From: Scenedesmus sp. PABB004
Lineage: Eukaryota
Direction: 5' to 3'
NCBI GenBank assembly: GCA_014905635.1
Contig: JABVCE010000008.1
Coordinates: 496,001 to 560,000, forward strand
Length of the DNA stretch: 64,000 nt
Shown: piece after piece, positions 10,976 through 21,029 of the stretch
Numbering within the stretch: position 1 is the stretch's first letter
Layout: each line of letters starts with the position of its first letter
Translations under genes and position numbers: made by a program
The notes under the pieces: generated by a model
Told to the model about the DNA's origin: nothing
What the model saw: only the letters and a program-made list of their open reading frames with translations
Databases searched by the model: none

Positions 10976-11665
10976 TCAGGTGCTGATGGCCTTGACGCGG
11001 TAGCGCGCCATGGTCGCGTCCGGCGCCGCGACGCCCGCGGGCGTGCGCGGCGCGACGCCCTCAAACAGCGTGTCCAGCAGCTCGACCTCCACCGCGGCGT
11101 CCGGGACGTAGGGCTTGCCCCAGCGGAAGCCGCCGTCCAGGGAGTGCACGCCGAGTACGCTGTGGATGCAGATGCGCGTGCCGCCGCTGCTGCCGCCGTC
11201 GGCGGCGCTCGCGCTCGCGCCACCGTCGCCGGTGGGCGCGCAGGCGCCGCCGCTGCGCTGGAGCAGCGCGAGGCGGGCCGTGTACTCGTGGCCGACCTCG
11301 AGCATCTGTCGCAGCCCCCCGAGCTGCACGATGGCGTAGCTCGGGGCGGCCGACGCGCCGCGCGCCGCCGTGTGTGGCTGCGCCAGCGCAGCCGCCGTGG
11401 CGCCGCCGCTGCTGCGCAGCGGCTGCGGCGCGGTCCGGCGGGACGGGGCGCGGCCGCCTGCGGCGGAGGCGGGCGCGGGCCGTTCAGGCGGCGCGGAAAG
11501 AGGCGGCTGCGGCGCGTGTGCGTGGAGCAGCGGCGGCGCCTGCTGCCGGCGCCCGGCCGGCGTGCCGTGGGCCCCGCGCGCTCTCCCGACGCGCTGCTTA
11601 AGCCGGTGATCACGCCCAGCCGCACCTTGCGGGGCCGCGCGCGTCCGCGAGAGCGCGGCGGCCAT
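10976..11665 (-). CDS. Divergent intronless bL21-like protein with putative organellar transit peptide
   Basis: YAIVQLGGLRQMLEVGHEY and VLGVHSLDGGFRWGKPYVPDAAVEVELLD align by eye with bL21 at 3705-5114. The basic [14 protein letters not shown] loop is absent. ATG at 11665. Confidence 0.7.
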   Translation of the reverse strand: MAAALSRTRAAPQGAAGRDHRLKQRVGRARGAHGTPAGRRQQAPPLLHAHAPQPPLSAPPERPAPASAAGGRAPSRRTAPQPLRSSGGATAAALAQPHTAARGASAAPSYAIVQLGGLRQMLEVGHEYTARLALLQRSGGACAPTGDGGASASAADGGSSGGTRICIHSVLGVHSLDGGFRWGKPYVPDAAVEVELLDTLFEGVAPRTPAGVAAPDATMARYRVKAIST

Positions 11666-12164
11666 GTTCCGCGGCGCTCGAGGGAGGCCGCGCACGACAA
11701 GCGCCTGGGTGTGTGGCTAACGTTACCGGCGGTGTACGGAACGGGCGCCCGCGGCGCGGAATGGGGCGCAGCGCGGCCGCGCCGTGGCCTTCATGTCGCA
11801 GGCCCTTGCGCCCCGGCCCGCCAGCTGCCGCGCGCCGCGCCCCGCCCCGCCGCGCCAAGGCGTCGCGGGCACTGCGCCCGAACCGACGCGCCGGCAGCAG
11901 AGACCGCACCGCGACCGCAGGCGCCGCGCGCCCGCCGCCGGCGCAGCCGCCGCCGACGCGCAGCCGTCGCCGCGGGCGGCGCCCGCGCTCCGCGCCCAGG
12001 CGCGCCAGGCGGGTGGCGCGCCGGCCGGCGCGGCGCAGGAGCGGCGCGCCAGGGCCGCAGCGCGCGTGGCGGCGGCGGCGCGGCGCGCCGACGGCGGCCG
12101 CCGCTGCTCGCGCGCCCCCGCGCCCGCAGGCGCCCCACGGACGCCCGCGCGGCGGCGGGGCACC

Positions 12165-14272
12165 ATGGTGAAGAAGGCCAAGGGAAAGCACCGGCTGGAC
12201 AAGTTTTACCACCTCGCCAAGGAGCAGGGGTGAGCGGCAGCGGCGGCCGGCGGCAGCGGGGCTGGCGCGCGCGGCGCGCGGCGCCCGAGCCCGAGCCCGC
12301 GGCCGCGCGCCGCCCGCCCGCAGCTACCGCTCGCGCGCGGCGTTCAAGCTCATCCAGCTGAACCGCAAGCACAACTTCCTGGCCAACTGCAAGGCGCTGC
12401 TGGACCTATGCGCCGCGCCAGGCGCGGCCGCGGGCGGCGGCGGCCGGGGGGCGCGGCGAGGGCGCGCAGGGCGCCGCCGCGGCCGCGCGCGCGCGCGGCG
12501 CCGCCGCCCAGCGCCCGGCGCGCCGCGTGCCCCGCCCCGCAGGCGGGTGGATGCAGGTCGCGGCCAAGAGCATGCCGCTCGGCAGCCTCATCATCGGCGT
12601 GGACCTCATGCCCATCAAACCCATCCGCGGCACCAAGTGTGGTTCAGCGCGCTGAACCGCAGCGCGCGCCCCCGCCGCCGGCGCTGCGAGCGCCGGCAGC
12701 TGCTGCCGCTGCTGCCGTCGCTGGCGCTGGCGCCGCCGCCGCGGCCGGCCCACCCCGCCGGTGGTCGCTCCGCCTCCGTCGCCCGCCAGGTCGTTCATCA
12801 GCGATATCACGAGCCAGCAGTGCCGCCAGCTGCTTAAGCGCGAGGCGGGCGGCAGCATGTTTGACGTCGTCGTCCACGACGGCGCGCCCAACGTCGGCGG
12901 CGCGTGGAGCAGCGAGGCGTACACCCAGAGCGCGCTCGTCGTCGACGCGCTCGCGCTCGCGGTCGAGTTCCTCGCCCCCGGCGGCACCTTTGTCACCAAG
13001 GCGCGCACCACCAGCACCCGCCACCCGCCACCCGCCGCCGCCGCGCGCTGCGCTGCGGAACAGCTGCGGAACAACAGCGCTGCGCGGCGCGGCGCGGCGC
13101 CGCCGCCGGCCCGGCCGCTGGCAGCAGCCCAGCACCACCCGCCGCCCGCCTCGACCCCGCTCGCCTCGCGCCGCCGCCGCTTCCTAAACCCAAACCCTGG
13201 CCCCAGGTCTTCCGGTCCAAGGACTACAACGCGCTGCTCTACGCCTTTGGGCAGCTCTTTGCCAAGGTCGACGCGACCAAGCCGGCGGCGAGCCGCAACG
13301 CGTCGGCCGAGATCTTTGTGGTCTGCCTCGGCTACAAGGCGCCCGCCAAGGTCGACCCGCGCCTGCTCGACCCCAAGCACCTCTTCGCCGAGGTCGCAGA
13401 GGCGCCCAAGGTGCGGCGGGGGCTTGGCCGAGGACGCGCCGGCGCGCGGCGCGGCGCGTGTGGCGTGCGGCGCGCGCTGGGCAGGGGGACGGCGCGCGGG
13501 CGCGGCGCGCCGGCCGAGGCCGCCGCCGCCGCCGCCACCGCCGCCGCGGTCGGCGCCGCCGCGCAGATCATGGGCCCCGAGGCGCTGCTCAAGGCCAAGA
13601 TCAAGCAGAAGCGCCACAGGGAGGGCTACGAGGAGGGCCTCTCCTCGTCGCACAAGGCGCTGCCGGCGACCGCCTTCCTGCTCTCGGACGACCCAGTGGG
13701 CATGCTCGGCGCGGCGACGCAGCTCGTGCTCGCGGGCGCGGGCGCCGAGGCGCCCGTCGCGCAGGGTGCGCGCCGGCGGCGCGGCGCGGCGCGGCGGCGG
13801 CCGCCGGCGGACCGGGTGGCGCGGGAGGTGCGGTGCGCGCCCTGAGTGCCGCCGCGCGCGCCCGCACGCGCGGCCCGCAGGCGGCGAGGGCGAGGGCGAC
13901 GACGCCGAGGCGCTGGACTGGGCGGCGCTGGCGGCGGGCATCCGCGACCACGCCGCCACCGACGGCGAGGTCACGGCGCTGTGCAAGGACCTGCAGGTGC
14001 GGCGCCGGGGCGGAGCAGGGGGCGGGGCGGGGCGGGGCCGCGCCGCGCCGTGCCGTGCCGCGCCGGGCCGGGCCGCGCCGCGCGCCACCCGACCGCGCGC
14101 CGCCCGGCCGCGCGCCCCGCCAGGTGCTGGGTCGCTCCGAGTTCAAGCAGCTCCTGCGCTGGCGCCTCACGCTGCGCAAGGCGCTCAAGCCGCTGCTCGG
14201 CGGCGCGGGCGGCGAGGACGGCGGGCCGCGCGGCAGCCACAAGAAGGCGCGCCCCGCCGCGGACGGCGGCGA

Positions 14273-14314
<42 letters not shown>

Positions 14315-15051
14315 CGCCGACCCCGAGGCGCGGCTGCTGGCAGAGATGTCGTCGATCAAGGACGCGGCGGAGCAGCGGTGCGCGCCGCACTGCGCACGTC
14401 CTGCGTGTGCCGCGCGGCGGCCGGGCGCCGCACGCCCGGCCGCGCGGCGCGGAATGCGGCGTGGGATGCCGCGTGCCTCACGCCCTGCCTGCACGCCCCG
14501 CCGCGCGCGCCGCCCGGATCAGGCTGCGTCGTGAGAAGCGCAAGCGGCGCGAGCTCAAGAAAAAGGCCAAGGTCCGCGCCGCGCAGCTGCTGCAGGCCGA
14601 GGGCGGCGAGGACGGCAACGCCGCCGCGCCGGACGAGGAGCAGCTGTTCAGCCTCGACGCGCTCACGCCGGGCGAGGGCGCGCCGCGCGGCGCCGCGCGG
14701 CGCGCGGCCGCCGCGGCGCTGCGCCGCGTCGTGAGCGCGGCCGCGCCGGGCGCGGAGGAGCTCGAGGCGCTGGAGGAGGAGGAGGACGACATGGAGGTGA
14801 GCCGGTTGCTGCCGCCGCGCGGCGCGGGCCGGCCAGGCGTCGGGCCGGCGGCCTGCTTGCGCGCTCGCCCGGCCGCCACGCCACCGACGCGCCGCTGCCG
14901 CCGCCGCCGCCGCGCCAGTCGCTGTCGAGCGACGAAAGCGACGCGAGCAGCCTGGACAGCGAGGAGGAGGCGCTGGACTACGAGGCCCAGCTCGAGGAGG
15001 CGCTGGAGGACTCTTACCAGCAGTACCTCGAGCGCAAGGGTGCGCCGCCGC

Positions 15052-15147
<96 letters not shown>

Positions 15148-17106
15148 TGCTGCCGCTGCTGTCGCCCCAACTGCTGCCTCCGCCACCTGGCGCGCGGCGC
15201 TCGGCGCTGCTGGCAAGCGTGCGCGGCGCGCCCACAGCCGCCCCCGCCCTGCCGCCGCGCCGCCGCCGCCGCCGCCGCGGCCCCGGGCGCGCAGGCGTGC
15301 GCGACGCGGTGCTGAAGGAGAAGCGGCGCCGCCTGGGCAAGGGCGGCGAGCTGGGCAGCGACGACGACGAGGACGGCGCCGCGCCCGCGCCGGGCGGCGC
15401 GTCGTCGGGCGAGGAGGAGGAGGAGCAGGACGGCCAGGTGCGGGCGGCGGCGGCGGCGTCTCACGGCGCAGCAGCGCTCCGCGCGCGCGCAGCCGCGCGC
15501 CGCCCGCGCCGCCGTCGCACGCCGACCCGCCGTGTGCCACGCCGCGCCGCGGCGCCCCCAGGCGGCGTACGCCGCCAAGCTGCGCGAGCTGGCGGAGGAG
15601 AGCGAGGACGACGTCGCCGCGGCGGCGGGCGGCGGCCTGCTGGTGCGCCTGGACGAGAGCCGCGCGGGCGTGGCCAAGGGCGGCGCTGCAGCGGCAGCGC
15701 AGTGGTTTGGCCAGGACCTGTTTGACGACCCCAACGTCGAGGCGAGTAGCGACGAGGACGAGGACGCGCCGGCGGCGCCGGCGGCGCCGGCGGCGCCGGC
15801 GGCCAAGCGCGCACGCCGCGGCGACGCCGCGCCGGCGCCCACGCCGGCGAGCGGCGGCAGCGACGGCAGCAGCGACGAGGAGCAGGAGGAGGAGGACGAC
15901 GACGGCGCTGCGGCGGCGCAGCCGGCGGCCAAGAAGCGCAAGGCTGGCGCAGCCGGCGGCGCGGGCGCCGCGGGCGCCGCGGCGCCGGGCGGCTACGACA
16001 GCGGCAGCGACAGCGGCGGCAGCGGCAGCGGCGGCGGCGGCGGCAGCAGCAGCGATGGCGACAGCGACGCCGAGGAGTTTGATGCGCTCGACGACGCGGG
16101 CAAGGCGGAGGTGCTGGCGCTGGCCAAGCGCATGCTGCGGCGCAAGGACAAGGAGTCCATCCTGGACGCGGCTTACAACCGGTGCGCCGCCGCGCGCACG
16201 CTGCGCGCGCTGGGTGGCGCGCGCGCGCGCGCGCGCTCGGCGGCGGCGGGCCGGGAGAGGTGGGGGCGCGCGCCGCTTGCATGCGCTGAGCGCCATCCGC
16301 CCTGCGCCGCCCCGCCGCCCCGCCGCCCCGCCGCCGCAGGTACGCCTTCCACGACGACCGACTGCCGCGCTGGTTTGCCGAGGACGAGCGGCGCCACATG
16401 CGCCCCATCCCGCAGGTCCGCGGCGCGCCCGGCTGCGCGGCGCTCGGCCGCCCGCTGGGCCGAGGGCCCGCGCCCCGCACGCCCCCCCCCCCCCTCTTCT
16501 TCCTGTGCTCTCACGGTCTCACGATTCCACACTCATCTCACAATCTCGCGCGTCGCCCGCCAGGTCAGCAAGGCGGAGGTGGAGGAGGAGAAGGCGCGGC
16601 TCGCGGCCATCGACGCGCGGCCGATCAAAAAGGTCGCGGAGGCCAAGGCCCGCAAGCACAAGCGCATGCAGGCGCGGCGCCGCACGCACCCGGGCCGCCG
16701 CCGCCGGTCGCGCTTGGGCCGCCGCCGCCGCGCGCGTGCCCTCACCGCCGCCCCGCGCCGCGCCGCCCCGCGCGCGCTTCGCCCCGCCCCGCCGCAGGCG
16801 CGCCTCGACGCGGCGCGCGCCAAGGCGACGTCGGTGGCGGCGCAGGAGGACGTGCCGATGGCGAGCAAGATGCGGGAGATTGAAAAGATCTACTCCAAGG
16901 CGCGCGCCGCCAACGGCGTCAAGGGCGCCAAGGGCGGCAAGGGCGCCAAGGGCAAGGGCGGCAAGGGCGGCAAGGGCAAGGGCCCGCCGCTCGACAAGCG
17001 CATGCGCGCCGATAAGCGCGGCATGCTCAAGGCGGCGCGGCGCGCGGGCGGCAAAAAGGGCCGCGGCGGCGGCGGCAAGCGCGGCGGCAAGGGCGGGCGG
17101 CGCTGA
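12165..17106 (+). CDS. SPB1: rRNA 2'-O-methyltransferase SPB1/FTSJ3, about 15 exons
   Basis: [37 protein letters not shown]...[14 protein letters not shown]...[11 protein letters not shown]...VFRSKDY...[16 protein letters not shown], and C-terminal [14 protein letters not shown]...[10 protein letters not shown]. Confidence 0.95.
15057..15146. repeat. (GCC)n microsatellite, about 30 units, in an SPB1 intron
   Basis: Direct reading. Confidence 0.9.
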
Positions 17107-17405
17107 TGGCGCTGCGGCGCGGGCGGCGCGTGCGCACGTGGAACGGCAGAGCGCTTTCGGTGGGCTGGCGGCCGCGTCGCGCGCTCGGCTGTGCCACGAC
17201 CGCCGCCGCTGCAAGCTGCCGGCCACAGTGTGGCGCACGCCCATCTCGGGCCAGCGACCTCGGTTGCACGCCGACGCGCGCGCTGCGCACGTTCAGCCGC
17301 CCCCACCGCCCCACGCCGCCAGCTTCGCCGCTGCGCCCTGCTGCAGCTCCAGAGCCAGGCCCCAGAGCGCCTGGAACAGGTCCAGTGCATCGCCGGCACA
17401 GGCAA

Positions 17406-20400
17406 TCAGTCGCGCGCCAGCTCCGGGGGGGTGCTGACGCCCGGGCTGGCTGGCGCGCCACGGCTGCGCCGCTTGCGACCGCGCCCTCCCCCTGCCTCGA
17501 CCACGGGCGCCGCGGCCGGCAGCGCCAGCAGCGAGCCCGCGGCCACCAGCGCCTCCTCGTCGCCCTGGCCGGCGCCGCGCTGCGCACGCTGCCGGCCGCC
17601 GCCACGAGCGCGCTGCGCCTGCTGCGCCTGCTGCGCCTCCCTGAGCAGCGCGCTGAACTTGCCCAGCGTCACGCCGCCGTGCCCCGCCAGCCGGATCTCG
17701 CGCGTGGCGTCGTGCTTGTGGCCCTGGCCGCCGTGCTTCATGAACGCAGTCTTGTTGAGCCACACCTCTGCCGCCTGCTCGCCAGCCGGCGCATCGCCCG
17801 GTGCCTCGCCCGGCGCCTCGCCCGGCGGCTGCGCGCCGCCGTGCAGCAGCAGGACGTCGCCCCTGGCGGGATCAAACATGCCCCGCGCGGTGCCCACCAC
17901 CACCAGCACGCGCCGCCCGCTGCTGCGCGCGCACTCGGCGGCCAGCGCCGCGGCGTCTGCGCCGCCGCCGCTGCCTGCTGCCTGGCGCGCCTTGCCAGAG
18001 GGGGCGGCGGCGCGCGCGCTCTCGCTGCTGGTGGCTGTCGCAGCCGCGGGCTCCTCTGCGGCCGTCGGTGGCGACAGGGGCGCTGCAACCAGCCTGGCGC
18101 GCTTGGGCATTGGCACCTCGGCCGTCGCCGCGGCTGCCGGCTCCTCGGCTGTGAGCGCTGCAGCCGACTCCGGAGCTGCAGGCGCTGCGACCAGCTCTGC
18201 TGCTGCAGGGGCTGCGCCCGGCAGCGCCAGCAGCGAGCTCGCGGCCACCAGCGCCTCCTCGTCGTTGTCCCCGCCGCGCGCCGCAGCGGCTGCCGCCAGC
18301 GCGTCCAGAGCTGGTGCGCCGCCGCCAGCTGCGCTCTGGCCCTGGCCGGCGCCGCGCGGCGCACGCTGCCGGCCGCCGCCACGAGCGCGCTGCGCCTGCT
18401 GCGCCTGCTGCGCCTGCTGCGCCTCCCTGAGCAGCGCGCTGAACTTGCCCAGCGTCACGCCGCCGTGCCCCGCCAGCCGGATCTCGCGCGCGGCGTCGTG
18501 CTTGTGGCCCTGGCCGCCGTGCTTCATGAACGCAGTCTTGTTGAGCCACACCTCTGCCGCCCGCTCGCCGGCCCGCGCCTCTCCCGGCGCCTCGCCCGGT
18601 GGCTGCGCGCCGGCAGGCAGCAGCAGGACGTCGCCCCTGGCGGGATCAAACATGCCCCGCGCGGTGCCCAACACCACCAGCACGCGCCGCCCGCTGCGCG
18701 CGCACTCTGCGGCCAGCGCCGCGGCGTCTGCGCCGCCGCCGCTGCCTGCTGCCTGGCGCGCCTTGCCAGAGGCGGCAGCGGCGCGCGCGCTCTCGCTGCT
18801 GGTGGCTGTCGCAGCCGCGGGCTCCTCTGCGGCCGCCGGCGGCGACAGGGGCGCTGCAGCGGCCAGCCTGGCGCGCTTGGCCACCGGCCCCTCGGCCGCC
18901 GCGGCTGCCGCCTCCTCGGCTGTGAGCGCTAGCTCCATGGCTGCGGGGGCTGCGCCCTGCTCCTTGGTTGCCTTGGGCGCCACCGTCAGCACCGCTGCTG
19001 GCTCCTTGGGCGCGGGCGCTGCCGCCGGCTCCGCCGCGGCCACTGACGGCGGCTCCGCCGCGGCCACCGCCGGCGGCTCCGCCGCTGCTGCCGGCGGCTC
19101 TGCCGCTGCCGCCGCCGGCGGCTCTGCCGCTGCCGCTGCCGGCGGCTCTGCCGCCGCCGCTGCAGCCGCAAGCTTGCGCTTGGCGGCACGCGGCGCCGCG
19201 AGCGCCTCCTTGGGCGGCGCGGGGGCGGCGGCCGCCGTGCCGCGCGCGCCCCCGGCGCCGGCGCCCCTGGTGGCGCGCGCGCCCGCCGCACGCGGCTGCG
19301 CTGCGGCCGCGGCCGCCTGTCGCTCGCGCCGCTGGGCCTCGGTCTGCGCGGCCGCGTCCGCCGCCTTGGCGCCGCGCATGCCTCGGCCGTACGTGCTCAG
19401 GTCCTCCTTGGCCCGCGGCGCGGCCGCCTGGCGCGCCGCCGCGATGAGCTCCGCACACTCGGCCACGCCCGCGACGCGGCTCAGCGGCAGCTCCCACGGC
19501 GGCGGGCACGCCGCCGCGCCGGCGCCCGCGAGCCGCTCCTCGCGCGCCTGCAGCAGCGCCAGCTCCCCCTTGCCGCGCGCGAGGAGCGCGTTGAGCGCCG
19601 CCGCGGTGAGGCCGCCACGCGCGCCGCTGGCGGCGCCGGCGCTGGCTGGTTCGCTGCCGCTGGCCCCGCCGCCGCCGGCGGGCTCCTTGCCCTCGAGGAT
19701 GGCCAGCAGGTACTGCCGGCGCACCTCGGCCGAGGTCGTGCCGTCAAAGAAGCCGCCTGGCCGCGGCGCGGCGCGGCGCGTGAGCTGGCGGGCGCGCGGC
19801 GCGGCGGGCGCTGGCGCGCACGGCCGCGCGGCAGGCGCACCCGTGATGCTGCTGTCGGCGAACTTTCGCTTCTGCTGCGCGACAGCGAGCACGTGCTCCT
19901 CAATGCTCGACTCGACCAGCAGGCGCACGACCAGCACGTCGCGCTGCTGCCCGATGCGGTGCGCGCGCGCCTGCGCCTGCGCGGCGCGGCGCGGCGGCGG
20001 AGGGCGGGCTCGTCGGGTCAGCGCGGGCGCGCCCGCACGCCCGCGCGCACGTTGCCGCTGCCGCAGCCATCCAGCTCGCCTGCAGATCAATCTGTGGGTT
20101 CCCTGCGGGCCGAGGGGCGGACGGGGCGGGGCGGCGGTCAGCATCACGACGCGTCGCCGGTGCGTTGCGGCGGCGGCGGCAGCAGGCGCGGCGCGGCGGC
20201 GCCGCACAGTCGCTGTCGAGCATGACGACCGTGTCGGCGGCCTGCAGGTTAAGGCCCACGCCGCCGGCGCGGAGGCTCAGCATGAACATGAACACGCCCG
20301 AGGCTGCCGGCGGCGGGCGAGCGGGTGCAGTGAGTGCGTGCTTGGTGGAGACAGAGGCTGAGCGCGGGCGGTCGTGGAGCGGCATGCGGCAGCCAGCGGG

Positions 20401-20997
20401 CGGCGGCCGGCCGCGCAGCGCGCACCGGGGTCGTTGAAGCGCGACACCGCCTCGGCGCGCTCCGGGCCGCTCGTGGCGCCGTCGAGGCGCAGCCAGGTCC
20501 AGCCGCGCCAGGCCGCGTACTCCTCTACCAGGTCGAGCGCGCGCGTCATCGTGCAGAAGAGCAGCACCTTGTGCCCGCACGCCGCGAGCCGCACCAGCAC
20601 CTGCGCGCGCGGCGCGGCGCGGCGCGGCGGCTGCACGTGGCGCGGCAGGCGCGCTGACGGCTGGCAGCGCACAGCGTGCGGCGGCCGGCACCTGGTCGAG
20701 CAAGTCCAGCTTGGCCGAGAGCCGCAGCACCGCGGGCAGCTTGGCGGGCCCCGCCGCGCCGTCGCCGCCGCTGCCGCCGCCGGCATCGAGCAGCAGGTCC
20801 TCCCCAAACTCGGGGTGCAGCTTGCTGCGCGGCGGGGCGCGCGGGCGGCGCGGCGCAGTCTGCGCCGCCGCGGCGCGCGGCGCGCGGCGCGCGCGCGGCG
20901 CGCCCGAGCCTCGCCGCGCGCCGCGGCCGTGCCTCAGGGCCGGGTGGTTGCAGATGTTGCGCAGCTCCATCACCGTGTTGTTCACGCCCCGCGCGCC

Positions 20998-21029
<32 letters not shown>

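Noticed and set aside
1..17106. Functional cluster of two FtsJ-fold methyltransferases plus ribosomal genes
   Set aside because: Different subfamilies and compartments, with unrelated genes in between. Chance proximity is adequate.
17191..20361. 1056-aa plus-strand ORF
   Set aside because: Antisense shadow of the SNF2 gene. Stop codons are rare at this GC content, and the same applies to most Arg/Ala/Pro-rich ORFs in the track.
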